DNA of 64,000 bases, from contig OZ024746.1 of NCBI GenBank assembly GCA_964016885.1, forward strand, positions 54,126,001 through 54,190,000, in the 5' to 3' direction. A program made the translations under genes and the position numbers. The notes beneath the pieces were generated by a model, which saw only the letters and a list, made by a program, of their open reading frames with translations, was not told the DNA's origin and did not search any database. The stretch is from Eledone cirrhosa. Taxonomy: Eukaryota. Positions within the stretch are counted from its first letter, which is position 1, and each line of letters starts with the position of its first letter. Shown here piece by piece: positions 22,941 to 40,564 of the stretch.

Positions 22941-23001
22941 TATATATATGTTTTGTGATTCACCAACGGTTAGTTAATCATAATGTAATATAAGAAAAGC
23001 A
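22828..23001. repeat. ~53-bp inverted repeat around (CA)/(TA)n
   Basis: tgcttttcttacattac...cacaaaaca / tgttttgtg...taagaaaagca. Confidence 0.85.
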
Positions 23002-23003
23002 TG

Positions 23004-23038
<35 letters not shown>

Positions 23039-23079
23039 TGAGAGAGAGAGAGAGATAGAGAGAGAGAGTGTGTGTGTGT

Positions 23080-23222
23080 GTACTAGTCTGGTGTTTTATT
23101 TGTTGACCTCAAAATATTGAAAGGCAAAGTTGGCGGTGATGGTATTTGAACTCAGCGCTGAGTTCTGTTATGAATCTCAGAAAATATTTCATCTACGGGT
23201 CTAACGACTCTGCCAATTCGTC
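23080..23222 (-). mobile_element. Decayed tRNA-derived SINE (family 1)
   Basis: Reverse complement of gagttcaaat..ctttgcctttca..ggtc..aataaaa.accag. Confidence 0.6.
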
Positions 23223-23561
23223 AAATTATCTTCTGGTATAGTGAGCAAAGAAACCGATAAACCCAGGACATTGTTTTTAAAGACGGAAAATATGGCACCT
23301 TCCATTTACGAAACAGAAGATGATAAATACTTTGTCTCACATATTTTGCACTATAGAAGATTAAATATCATTACAGAATCGTTTAATCTGCTAGAAATAA
23401 CAGCCAAATAACTCACGGAACAAAACCTAACTATTGATTTAATATATGTAGTCATATACTGAAGATAATGCTACTGGTAATGTTGGTGTTTGTGGTGTTA
23501 TAGAAGATTAAATTTCCTTACAGAATCGTTTAATCTGCTAGAAACAGCAACCAAAATAACT

Positions 23562-23810
23562 AACCCTGGTTCTGCTGCACGTCGGGCTGAGGAGGGCAAA
23601 CTTTCGAAGTGCCGGTCGCTCTCCGACAGGTTTGCGGTCGTGCCCTTGGCAGCGGAGACTTCTGGTGTATTTGGCCCTAGGGCTACGACCCTACTCACCA
23701 CCATAGGCGTTGAGTTGGTGTGAGCCTCGCGAGATGGAATGGCCCTTACAGCGCATCTCCCTTACCATCCTCCGGGGAAACGCCTTCTCCATTCTGTCCG
23801 CCGGGGCTAT
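23562..23810 (+). mobile_element. CRE-like non-LTR element 3' fragment (RLE C-terminus)
   Basis: AARRAEEGKLSKC..VPLAAETSGVFGP, then in another frame EPREMEW.LQRISLTILRGNAFSIL. Confidence 0.65.
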
Positions 23811-23946
23811 GGGGAGGCCATCATGTGGGACTCCATTTTCTCACCATACAGAGTGATGGGGAGGGCGAGAGAGATGGAGGCGATGACAGTGGGAGTTCGG
23901 CTCTTCCACGTTCGGATCATATCCTTGTGGTTGTGTTTATTATCTA

Positions 23947-24345
23947 TACTAGAAGAAAAACCACCCTTCGTGTGGTTTTCTGCTAGCATGTGTAGTGTGT
24001 ATTATACACAAATATATATGCATGTAAATAAAATCGTAATTGACAATATACACAGAAATTGAACGAAGACTGTGTTACACTGTCTTATGTAATCAGTAAC
24101 ATAATCCATGATACATTGAAAAATAGACGATATTATATATAAACTGCATTAGGAGAAAATTAACGACGGAAATATATGCGATTATAAGTGTTATAATATA
24201 ACTGCCGCTAACCAGAAGTGTTGACATTTGACAATTTTAAAGAAGTGAATCTTTAAATAAGCTATAAAATATATTTAATCAACAGACACGAAATTTCGTA
24301 GATAAATTATGTAATATTTATTATTATTTATTCAAACTAATCCAA
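23947..24345. repeat. Dispersed repeat starting TACTAG + hairpin (second copy 36592-37070)
   Basis: Colinear similarity over ~400 bp; ctag..aaaaccac/gtggttttctgctag hairpin; possibly Helitron-like. Confidence 0.6.
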
Positions 24346-25109
24346 CTTATTTTACAAACGGGGTAAACAAATATATTCTAGATGCAATCCCGCACTCTTT
24401 TCTTTATTACAGTTAAGATAGAAAATTATTTATTTCCCTGTTCTGTCCACTAAATATTTTACTATTGATTTAATACTGTAGATAATGCTACAGGTAACGT
24501 TGGTGCTTGTTGTGTTGTTGATAGTTGCTATTAATGCGTGTAGATATTGTCGTAGCTGTAGTTGCTGTTGTTGTAGTTATATTTGTAGAAGATGGTGTTG
24601 GTGATTGCGCTAGTTTTTGTGGAAGTGTAGTTAATGTCATATTCGTTGTAGATGTTAGATCTAGTGTAAGTGTGTTCTAATTATATTTGTGGATGACGGA
24701 GATGGTAATGATAGTGGCTCTGTTAGTGAAGGTAGTGTTGTAGTTATATCTGTAGATGATAATGATGATGGTGGTAGTGGTGGTGGTGGTGGTGATGGTG
24801 ATGACTGTGAGTAGTGGTCGATGTTTGTAAAAATAAAAAAAACAACAAAAAACAAACAAACAGAAACCCCACAAAAAATCCCACAAAAATACAACAATCA
24901 ACAACCACGAAACCACAACAATAACAATAACAAAGAAACTACCAACAATAAAGCTATGGTGGTTGCACGGTTTGTATGAAGAAGAGTGTTTTAACAAGTG
25001 TCTGATACCATATGTTGCCTGAAACAACATGTCACAACCAATTGATGAAAGTCTTTTTTGCCTTTTATTTTATTTATATACTTTGCGTGTTTTCTCTTGT
25101 TTTGCACAT

Positions 25110-25127
25110 TAATTATTATTGCTATCA

Positions 25128-25168
<41 letters not shown>

Positions 25169-25671
25169 TTTATTGTTGTTGTTGTTATTGTTATTATTAT
25201 TGTTTTTTTTTGTTTTTTTGTTATTATTTTTCGGTTTACAGAAAATTTTAAATAATTAGATTTAAGGTGAGGCAGCAACAACAACATCATCATCATCATC
25301 ATCATCATCATCAACAACAACAACGATAACAATTACAGCACCAATATAAGCCATAGCATGAACAACAACAACAACATATATATGTATGTATATATATATA
25401 TATATATATACATGCATATATATATAGCAAGAATCCGTATGTAAACAAAGGAGAACTTGTCTTGGACTTAAAATAACATTTTTCATTTGTTTTTGTTGAT
25501 ATATTTGTGTTTTGTAGTTATATTTGCATTAGTAGTAGTAGTAGTGGTGGTGGTGGTGGTAGTAGTAGTAGTAGCAGTAGTAGTAGTAGTGGTGATGGGA
25601 GTAGTCGTAGTACTATTAGCAGTAGTAGTAGTAGCAGTAGTAATGATAGTAGTAGTAGTGGTAATAGTAGC

Positions 25672-25734
<63 letters not shown>

Positions 25735-25779
25735 GATGGTAGTAGTAGTAGTAGTAGTATTAGCAGTAGTAGTAGTAGC

Positions 25780-25833
<54 letters not shown>

Positions 25834-25933
25834 TGCAGCATTAGTAGTAGTAGCATCAGCAGTAGTAGTAGTAGTAGTAGTAATAGTAGTAGTAGAAGTG
25901 GTAATAGTAGTAGTAGTAGTAGTAGTAGTAGTT

Positions 25934-25969
<36 letters not shown>

Positions 25970-25990
25970 TGTATACTAATGCTAGTAGTA
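25110..25990. repeat. Compound microsatellites (ATT)n, (CAT)n, (TAG)n
   Basis: Direct inspection. Confidence 0.95.
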
Positions 25991-26099
25991 GTTTCGAAAC
26001 TGTGAGTGTGTTAGTGGAAATGTATGTGTGTATTGTGTGAGTGGGTTTGTGAATGTGTGTAATGTACGTAACGCGTGCGTAGTGTATGTGTGTGTGTCT

Positions 26100-26895
26100 G
26101 TGTGGCTGTGGTCATGACAGTGTGTGTGTGGTCATGATAGTGTGTGTTAATGTGTGTGTATGTTTTGTGTGACTGTGGTCATTACAGTGTGTGTGTGTGT
26201 ATGTGTATGTGTGACTGTGGTCATGAGAGTGTGTGTTAATGTGTGTGTATGTGTGTGTGAGTGTGGTCATGACAGTGTGTGTGTGTGTATGTGTATGTGT
26301 GACTGTGGTCATGAGAGTGTGTGTGTATGTGTGTGTGTGACTGTGGTCATGACAGTGTGTGTGTGTATGTGTGTGTGTATGAGTGTGTGTGACTGTGGTC
26401 TTGACAGTATGTGTGTGTGTATGTGTGTGTGTGTGGTCATGACAATGTGTGTGTATGTGTGTGTGACTGTGGTCATGTCAGTGTGTGTGTGACTGTGGTC
26501 ATGACAGTGTGTATGTGTGTGTCTGTGTGTGTGTGTGTGGTCATGACAATGTGTGTGTATGTGTGTATGTGTGTGTGTGACTGCGGTCATGACAGTGTGT
26601 GTGTATGTGTGTATGTGTATGTGTGTATGTGTATGTATGTGTGTGTGACTGTGGTCATGACAGTGTGTGTGTATGTGTGCATGTGTATGTGTATGTATGT
26701 GTGTGTGACTGCGGTCATGACAGTGTGTGTGTATGTGTGTATGTGTATGTGTATGTGTATGTATGTGTGTGTGACTGTGGTCATGACAGTGTGTGTGTAT
26801 GTGTGTATGTGTATATGTGTGTGTGACTGTGGTCATGACAGTGTATGTGTATGTGTATGTATATGTGTGTGTGTGTGACTGTGGTCTTGACAGTG
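26100..26895. repeat. Minisatellite: GTGACTGTGGTCATGACA core x ~18 with (GT/AT)n spacers
   Basis: Conserved core containing the GTCATGAC palindrome, irregular 20-65 bp period. Confidence 0.9.
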
Positions 26896-27061
26896 TGCAT
26901 GTGGTGTGCGTGTGTATTGTATGCAGTGTGTGTGAAAGAAATTTCATTTCCACTCTTATTCTCGTGAACATTTCTGATGTTCTTGATGAAGATGTCGATG
27001 ATGTCAGCTGCCATGGTGATGATAATCATGTTGGTGTTAGTGATGGTGATGGTGATGAAGA

Positions 27062-27107
<46 letters not shown>

Positions 27108-27252
27108 GGTGAAAATGATGACTCAGACGAAGGAAGTAGATGTCGGGTAATGAGGAGGACGAATACTCAAAAATCAGTTATTCTGGTGTGGTATATGAGT
27201 CCAAGGCACAGAAACACCCTCCACATATATGTATTTAGTAGCAGTAGTTGTG

Positions 27253-27300
<48 letters not shown>

Positions 27301-27315
27301 TTATTATTATTATTA

Positions 27316-28106
27316 TAAGGGCGGTGGATTGGCAGTATCGGTAGAGGGTCGGACGCCATGCTTTGCAGCATAGAGTTTCGGCCTTTTATGATCTAAGTTC
27401 AAATCCCGCTGAGGTTAACTTTGACTTTCATTCTTACGGGGGTCGATAAAATAAAGTACCAGTCACGCATTGGGGTCGATTTAATCAACTTTCTCCTTCC
27501 CCAAAATTGTTGGCATTATGCCTATATAAGAAGCCATTCTTACGGGGTCGATAAAATAAAGTACCAGTCACGCATTGGGGTCGATTTAATCAACTTCCTC
27601 CTTCCCCAAAATTGTTGGCATTATGCCTATATGAGAAGCCATTCTTACGGGGTCGATAAAATAAAGTACCAGTAATACAGTGGAATAATTGCTTGCCGTG
27701 TGCCAAAAGTAGAAACAATTATTATAAGGGCAGTGGATTGGCAACACAGAGTTATGGCCCTTTACGTTCTGAGTTCGAACACCGTCAAGTTTAGCGTTGC
27801 CTTTCATCCCTAAGGGATCGATAAAATAAAGCACCAGTAATACACTGGGGTCGATTTAATCGACTTTGCCTCCCGCCTTCAAATTACTGGCCTTGTGCTA
27901 AATGTAGAAACAATTATTATTTGGCAGTATCAGTAGAGCGTTGGACACCATGCTTTGCAGCATAGAGTTACGGCCATTTACGTTCTTGGTTCAAATCGCG
28001 TTAACTTTGGTTAACTTTGCCTTTCATCCTTACGGGGTCGATAAAATAAAGTACCAGTAATGCACTAGGGTATTTGCTGGCTCTGTGCCAAAAGTAGAAA
28101 AAATTA
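27316..28106 (+). mobile_element. Tandem array of tRNA-derived SINEs (family 1), with internal 100-bp duplication
   Basis: A-box tggcagtatcgg, B-box gttcaaatcc; core ttcatccttacggggtcgataaaataaagtaccagt seen five times. Confidence 0.85.
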
Positions 28107-28123
28107 TTTTTATTATTAATTGC

Positions 28124-28157
<34 letters not shown>

Positions 28158-28516
28158 TGAAAGGCAATATGGTCGCTATCGTTAGGTTCTGGGCTTGAAC
28201 CTAGAACGTCACATCATGAGCAACTTTGATTTATCTTAATCTCAGGTGGCCCCATGTCGTATGAGTGGAATTGAACAGGAAGAAACTGATTGAAAGCCCG
28301 TCGGATGGAGTATACCTGTCACACTGAATCACCCTGAGAAGTACGTTAACAGTACACATATTTGTGGAATGCTCAGCCACTAGTTCGTTAATTTCAAGAG
28401 CAAGATGCTCCATTGATCAAACAATTGGAACATACATCGTCGAAACAGACGGGAGTCCAGTCCAGTCCCTTATTCCAATATGATCGTAGTAGTAGTTCGA
28501 TCATTAATGGTGATTG

Positions 28517-31590
<3,074 letters not shown>

Positions 31591-31744
31591 ATGTAATCAA
31601 CACAAGGCAGATATCTATAGATAATAGAATAAATCGTGTTGCTTTACCCGATTTATGTGCATTGTAACAACAACATTTTCTAAATTAAAATATTCTAATG
31701 TCCTAAGCAATATAGACATCATGTTGTAGTACGAATGTATGAGA

Positions 31745-31943
31745 ATTCATAGAATAATGAAACAAGTTCCAGGCAAGAAAATCTGCAGAATGCAGTCAAT
31801 GATGGCGTCGGGTAAAATTGAATTCAAAGATTCAACTGAAGATCTGTCCTTTGTGGTAAATTTCACTCGACGCCATCATTGACGACATTTTGCTGTTTTA
31901 ACTGCTTTACTTCCATGGAGTTTTTCTCATTATTCTATGAATA
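31745..31943. repeat. Imperfect 200-bp foldback (MITE-like)
   Basis: attcatagaataatga/tcattattctatgaat and gtcaatgatggcgtcg/cgacgccatcattgac. Confidence 0.7.
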
Positions 31944-32592
31944 TATATAGATATACAAGTTGGGATTTGCAACATACGACTCTTATAAAATATTTCATTC
32001 TTATAAAATATTTCACGGCCGGAGCTATAAGGATTCTATCCAATTAGCTTCGTTAAATTGTATTATTTCATCTCCCAGACGATGGATTTGCTTTTATCTT
32101 CGATTTGTACACCTTTTGCATCTATGTCTTCCTTCTTTAAATAACATTCAGTTGTTTTACTCTTTTGTCAACGTATGTTCTTCACATCGGCTGAATTTTT
32201 CTTCCAGCCTCCTCTTCACAAAGTAACATGCTGTTATTGTAAATAACTCCTATGGATTTCATGACAGTTGAACTATGACAGTCGTTCGGATAGTTTACCG
32301 TTGAAGTTTGGGCTAATTCTCGCTGACGGAACGTTACATAATCCAGTTTATGTAAAATATAGTAATATTACTAGACCTCTGTAAGACTTGCTGATGCAAA
32401 GGTTGCACAGAATATACAGGGTTTATTTATATTAATTAGTAAATAAACGATATCGTTTATTTACTAATCAACAGAATATGTGCACTTTTAATTGTAGGTT
32501 AAAATTCACAACATTCGATTTTTATAAAATCATTGAGTGAGTAGATTAACGAGCGGAGCTATAATGATTCTAGCCGAGTGGGTTTGTTAAAC

Positions 32593-32643
<51 letters not shown>

Positions 32644-32688
32644 AAAGAGTGAAGAATAACGTGGTTGGCTGTACAATAGGGTTTATTT

Positions 32689-32803
32689 AAAGTGTTAACA
32701 ATTGTTTCATTAGCCCAGTGCGTCTAAAAGTCGCTGATCGTTAGCTGGTACGTCACTCGACTTTAATTACAGTCGATACCCGACTAAATCATCAGAATAC
32801 CTT
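32689..32803 (-). ncRNA. Type I hammerhead ribozyme motif, long stem II
   Basis: aaggtatt-CTGATGA-t-ttagtc...ggctaa-t-GAAAC-aatt-GTT-aacacttt; palindromic ACAATTGT; one stem I mismatch; insert flanked by (TA)n. Confidence 0.72.
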
Positions 32804-32934
32804 ACGATATATTATCTCATATATATATATATATATATATAGGAACGATCGACTTTCGTCAAATCGGACCGAGGGAACAATGTTTCTGTTGGTCTTTCCA
32901 ATTGCTAATACTATCTATCGGTGGCAACTACAGG

Positions 32935-33058
32935 TAGAAGGAGCAACGTGAAATAAAGTGTCTTGCTCATGGACATAACGCATCGCATGGTCCAGGAATC
33001 GAACTCACAACCTTACGATTGCGAATCCAATTCCCTAACCACTCAGTCACACGGCTTA
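32935..33058 (-). mobile_element. tRNA-derived SINE family 2 (other copies ~37220-37330 -, 40615-40705 +, 47530-47630 -)
   Basis: tgactgagtggttagg A-box, gagttcgattcc B-box, followed by gtccatgagcaagacacttt. Confidence 0.75.
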
Positions 33059-33157
33059 ATTCGGGATGTTTGTTTACAAACACACCGTACATATATATAT
33101 ATATACATACTACTGTGCGTCTGTATACATATATGTATGTACGTATACATACTTATA

Positions 33158-33225
<68 letters not shown>

Positions 33226-33344
33226 TATATATTTTAAAAAAAAATAAGACTTCAGTTGCATTTTCGATTTCATCTCTTTTTCTTTATACTTCCACTCGTG
33301 TATGACACCTCGGTTATTTTTCATTTTGTAAAAAAAGACCTCAC

Positions 33345-33380
<36 letters not shown>

Positions 33381-33382
<2 letters not shown>

Positions 33383-33611
33383 GTTAATCCGGGTTGAATC
33401 GGAGGTAATCACTGTACATAGCAGAGTATAAAAGTTTTAATATAGATGAGATTTTACAGGACTAGAACTGTTTCATTCTTGAGAAATCATCAGGAGATTC
33501 CTGATGATTTCTAAAGAATAAAACAGTTCTAGTCCTGTAGAATCTCATCTATATTAAAACTTTTATACTCTGCTATCTACAGTGATTACCTCCGATTCAA
33601 CCCGGATTAAC

Positions 33612-33613
<2 letters not shown>
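33381..33613. mobile_element. Palindromic insert (115-bp arms) in (TA)n with hammerheads at the axis
   Basis: Arms 33381-33495 and 33499-33613; typical of PLE pseudo-LTR inversion. Confidence 0.85.
33494..33546 (+). ncRNA. Type I hammerhead motif (G12>A in this arm; GAAAC intact in the mirror arm)
   Basis: gagattc-CTGATGA-t-ttct-aa-agaa-t-AAAACAG-ttctagtc-CTGTA-gaatctc; 7-bp stem I, 4-bp stem III. Confidence 0.75.
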
Positions 33614-33692
<79 letters not shown>

Positions 33693-34080
33693 AGTGTATA
33701 TACATGTATTTAAGCTTTGACGTATATTTCTGTTGTCTCATGTTTTTGTAAGATCGAATCTTGTGTCTTCAGACATACTTTGATAGTTAATGATTAAGTT
33801 GTGTTGAATAATATCAAATAAAATATGGCAATCACTATAAAATTAGTAAAAAATAAAATCTGAAAAAATATAACAACATAAATGGAAGAAATTTTTAGAG
33901 TTTCTAGACCAAATTCTAAATGACGTTGTATCCTCCTTGCAGTCATATTCTTGACTGTTGGACGCCATGTTGCTGAGCTCAGCAGGTCACTTATGCTGAA
34001 ATTATCTTCAAACAAACCTCATCGCAAGCAATATTTTATTCCCCACTTTCATCTTTCTTTCTTCATCTTTCTTCATCATA

Positions 34081-34162
<82 letters not shown>

Positions 34163-34559
34163 TGTTATACTTTGGGATATATATATATATATATATAAAT
34201 ATTCCTGTAACTCTCTCTCACCCCTCTCTTTCTCTCTGTCTCTATAACTCTGTCTCTCTCCCTCTCTCATTCGCTTTGACTTTATAACTCTGCCTCTCTT
34301 CTCTTTCTCTGAGTCTCTATAATACTATCTCTCTCCCTCTCTCATTCTCTCTGTGTCTATAACACTGTCTCTCTTCATCTCTCTTTCTCTGAGTCTCTAT
34401 AATACTATCTCTCTTACTTTCCACCTCTCTACATCTCTTTATTTATATCCCTATCTCTACCACCCTCTCTTCTTACACCCCTTACTCTCTCTCTATATCT
34501 TTTCTTCAACAATTATATTCCTCTCCTCCCCCTTTCTCTCAACCACTTTCTACATTTCT

Positions 34560-35157
34560 TCATTTTAAAAATATCTTTTTCTCATTTTTTCCCTTTTTCT
34601 CTCAAACTCCTTCTTTCTAGATTATTCTCTGGTTGTCGCTAGTTTCACTTCAACACTTGCTCCCCTCCTCGCTTCTTTTCTTTCCTCCTCCTTGCTTCCC
34701 TACATATCATAAAGTACATATTTTCTTTCTTGCCTTTTCTTTCGTTTTTTCTTTCTTTGTTTGTTTGTTTCTTTCTTTCTTTCTTTCTATCTTTCTATCT
34801 TTCTTTGTTTCTTTGTTTCTTTTTTCTCTTTCTTATTTCTTTCTTTGTTTCTTTCTATCTTTCTTTGTTTCTTCTTTCTTTGTTTCTTTTTTCTCTTTCT
34901 TTTTTCTTTAATTTCTTTTCTTTCTTTCTTTCTTTTTTCTTTTCTCTTTCTTTTTTTCTGTCTTTCTTTCTTTCTTTCTATATTTCTTTCTTTCTTCCTT
35001 CTTCCTTTCTTTCATTGTTTCTATCTTTGTTCGTTTCTTTCTTTCATTCATTCAGCCATTCACACAGTCTTCATTCTTTCTTTCATTCTTTCATTCATTC
35101 TGTAATTTATTCATTCTTTTTTCTTTTTGTCTTTCTTTCTTTCTTTCTTTCTTTCTG

Positions 35158-35212
<55 letters not shown>

Positions 35213-35350
35213 CTCTTTCATTCTTTCTTTCTTTCTGTCTTTCTTTATGTCTTTCTGTCTTTCTGTATTTCTCTCTTTCTTTCTCTCTTTCTTTCTTTCC
35301 TTCATCATCTCCCCTACCCTATTTTGTTTCTTTATTTATTTCTTGTTCTA
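34560..35350. repeat. Polypyrimidine (TTTC)n tract
   Basis: Direct inspection. Confidence 0.9.
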
Positions 35351-35881
35351 TCACGTGTTTTGTTTCACTCCCACCAGTTTCTCCATCTTCTTACATATCT
35401 CAGACATGCTTTCTGATATATTCTACCACACTTAATACTCCATGCTTCTTCAGTCTTTATTTCTCATCCAGCCATACACCTCACCACAGCATCCACAAAT
35501 CACCACCACAAACACTCTACCACATCTCATATCCAGCTATCTATCCCTTACCTAACCCACTAAAATAAAGCACACTTCCTTCTTCTTCTCCTTCCCCACG
35601 ACCTGTTCCTCATCATCACACACACACACTTCACCTCCTCATCCATTCATCCATCTATCCATACATACATTCACAGTACATATGCCATCTAAACAACCAC
35701 ACTCTCTGCCACACTACTTCGTATTCCTCATTCCTACACTTCCAACCCTCCAACTATCCATTCACCCATCCGTACATCCATCCCACCTACACCACCGAAA
35801 ACAACCAGCTAGTCAGCCAGCCGACTGGCACCAAGAAATGGGTTGTTCCATTAATTAATCACTTTTGATGTCTTCTTTCAG

Positions 35882-35940
35882 ACCGTGCTCATTTGGATCC
35901 ACTCCAAAAAATCTTCGACCTGACACCACTCAGACGCCAG
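35882..35940 (+). other. Candidate small host exon
   Basis: tcttctttcag acceptor, 59 nt of unique open sequence, CAG|gtagcg weak donor; product unrecognised. Confidence 0.25.
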
Positions 35941-36251
35941 GTAGCGAACCACAGCCCTAACCCTAACCCAAACACCAAAGTTCCCCGAACCCCCACCCCG
36001 CCTCCAACAACATATATTCCACACCCAGAACATGTCTTTCTTCTTCTTCTTCTTCTTCTTCTTCTTCTTCTTCTTCTTCTTCTTCTTCTTCTTCTTCTTC
36101 TTCTTCTTCTTCTTCTTCTCGTCATCATCGTCATGATCGTCATCATTGTCGTCGTCATCATAATCATCATCATCAACGTCATAATCATCATCGTCATCAT
36201 CATCAACATCACCATCATCATCACCCCCTTCATCAGCATCATCATTATTAT

Positions 36252-36372
36252 TACTGAGTTCAAATCCCGCCGAGGTTAACTTTGCCTTTCATCCTTACGG
36301 GGGTCGATAAAATAAAGTACCAGTAATTATACTGGGTAATTGCTGGCTTTGTGCCAAAAATTACAAACAATT
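36252..36372 (+). mobile_element. SINE family 1 partial
   Basis: gagttcaaatcccgccgaggttaactttgcctttcatccttacgg. Confidence 0.8.
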
Positions 36373-37366
36373 GATATTACAGGTGAATTGGCAGAGCTTT
36401 ATATCGTTGTAAGAAAATATCAGAGTATTTATGCCGGCTGTTTCCGTACCTAGTTCTAATACTACCAACATTGTCTTTCACTATTCTGGGGTCGATAAAT
36501 AAAGTACCAGTCAAGTATTGTAGTCCATCTAATTGCCTTTCACTATACACACGAACCGTTGGCCATGTTTCTAAATTAGAAACCGTTACTACTACTAGCA
36601 GGAAAACCACACTTTTCTGCTGGGTGGTTTTCTGCTAGCATGTATACTGTGTATATTTATATTATATGCAAATATATATGCATGTAGATATGATATGTCA
36701 AATAATATCGTAATTGACAATATGCGCAGAAATTGAAGAGAGACTGTTACACCCGCTTCTGTAATCAGTAAAGTAATCCATGATACATTTAAAAAAACAC
36801 GACGATATTATATATAAACTGCAATACGGGGAAATATAATGAAACCTTATATAACGATACAAATATATGGATATTTATATAAGCGATGTAATAAGTCTTA
36901 TGATATAACGAACGCTAACCGGAAGTATAGACATTTGAAAATGTTAAAAGAAATGAATCTTAAAATAAGGAATCATTATATATAAGAATATTTATGTTTA
37001 ATCAACAGCTACGAAATTTAGTAGATAAATTATATTCATTCCTCATTTATTCAAAGTAATCTAACTCATCCGCCGGCTTTAACAATCAGTGTTCCAGTCG
37101 TTCAAACAACGGAGCTGCCTAGTCGCAAAATTAACATACAATTGCCTGGGCATTCCACAATCACGTGCAACGTGCACTCATAAAATAGTTTCCAGGGATA
37201 TTCAATATGACATTTAAGGGGAATGGAGCAGTGTGAAACAAACTGTCTTGTTTGATGACACAACACGCCGCCGGATATCAAACCTACTGTCCCATGATCG
37301 TGAGCAGAATTGCCTAACCAGTATGCTACGTGTGTGCGTGTGTGTGTGAATATATTTATATATATA

Positions 37367-37460
37367 GATATAGAATATATATATACAGACCGTCTCAATA
37401 ACTATTTCTAAATATAACTAAATAGTTATTGAGACGGTCTGTATATATATATTCTATATC
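37367..37460. repeat. Perfect ~41-bp-arm hairpin
   Basis: gatatagaat...ctcaataactattt / aaatagttattgag...attctatatc, 12-nt loop. Confidence 0.88.
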
Positions 37461-37554
37461 TTCCGTTTGCTTCAGGTTAAATTTATCAAACCAATGTGGT
37501 ATTCCAACCATCGTAATTTTAGACACAATTTACCGTGTTTATTTCTACATATAT

Positions 37555-37814
<260 letters not shown>

Positions 37815-37892
37815 TAATAAATATATATATATATATATTAAATTAACAATGAAAATAATAACAAAGTCAAGTTATTTTACGTATTCATATCA

Positions 37893-38014
37893 TTGTTTAC
37901 GATCGGTTCGGATGGCTGATCATATTGACATATTGACTGATCTGTAGCAGTTATATAACTGTGTATTATCAGACATCATAAATAAGTTTGATCAGACCAT
38001 TTTCTTCAGACACA
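37893..38014 (-). ncRNA. Degenerate hammerhead motif
   Basis: CTGAAGA..atggtctgatca/tgatcagccat..GAAC-cgatcg-TA; core and stem I mutated. Confidence 0.45.
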
Positions 38015-38175
38015 AAGGGTACCACGAAGAGTAGACCACATTTAGAAAACAAATATATATTTATATACATATCCAATAGAATGCTCTGTCTGGAGCCAAA
38101 CCTTTTAGTTTCATCTCACAACTCGCAAGTATATCGTGTGTATCGGATACGAACATGGTTCGGATATACACATAA

Positions 38176-38305
38176 TTTGTTCTACATTTGGCACAAGGCC
38201 AGCAATTACTCAGTGCATTACTGGTACTTTATTTTATCGACCCCGTAAGGATGAGAGGCAAAGTTAACCTCGGTGGGATTTGAACTCAGACCGTAATGGG
38301 GCGCA
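38176..38305 (-). mobile_element. SINE family 1
   Basis: Reverse complement of the family core. Confidence 0.8.
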
Positions 38306-38799
38306 ACCATAAAACGTAAATCAGAACTTAAATGGCCGGAATTTTATGCCTCTAAACTTGTTGTCCGACGGTCTGCTGATTATGCGAATCCAGTGCCATA
38401 ACCTTACACTTAATAACACATTGATTGTTCATCTGGAAGTGGTTTTTAATATACAAGTGAGTGTATGGATTATTTTTATGTTTAAAAAAAAATAAATGTT
38501 AAACCAAAGAAGCGACATAGAAATTATAAAGTTTGAAAAATGTCTGTATTCGTTAGCAATAGATATAATAAAGGATAAAAAAAAAATGTTAATACAAAGG
38601 TAATGTAGAGATATTTTTGGTAAATGTCCATAAAAATTTCTTTATTTTCCTTTATTATTTCATATTATAAGTTTTTATTTTTAAAGGAAAATAATAATTT
38701 TGATAGGAGATATATAATATATAAAAAAGAAAATATATTCTGTTATAATTATGTTGAAAATCTGCTTTATTTTAAACGGTGTCTACAATTATCTCTCTC

Positions 38800-40166
<1,367 letters not shown>

Positions 40167-40379
40167 GCATATATGCATATGGGTGTGTATGTGTGTATTT
40201 TATCTTTTATTCGTAGGGAAAGTAATATCTAAGTTGCAATTAAGAAATAAAAGTTTAATCTATTATAATGTAACTATTTCACATACACTCTCGCCTTTGC
40301 TCTCCCTTTCTCTATATCTCTATCATTAGAAGCTATCTATGTATTATATAATGACAGTATGTTTCTATATATTCATATA

Positions 40380-40564
40380 ATTGTTTCTACTTTTGGCACC
40401 AGGCCAGCAGTTATCCCAGTGCATTACTGGTACTTTATTTTATCGACCCCGTAAGGATGAAAGGCAAAGTTAACCTCGGCGGGATTTGAACTCAGATCAT
40501 AAAGGGAGGTAACTCTATGCTTCAAAGAATGGCCCCCGACCCTCTACCGATACTGCCAATCCAT
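40380..40564 (-). mobile_element. SINE family 1, full length
   Basis: A/B boxes and core on the minus strand. Confidence 0.85.

Noticed and set aside
24480-24830. Mucin-like Thr/Ser-rich reading on the minus strand
   Set aside because: Frame breaks, low complexity, no clear splice signals.
26100-26895. CRISPR-like repeat-spacer look
   Set aside because: Spacers are microsatellite of irregular length, no cas genes, eukaryotic context.
26940-27150. Acidic D-rich exon candidate
   Set aside because: Mostly (GAT)n-derived; no convincing acceptor.
35954-35969. Telomeric CCCTAA repeats
   Set aside because: Only about 2.5 units.
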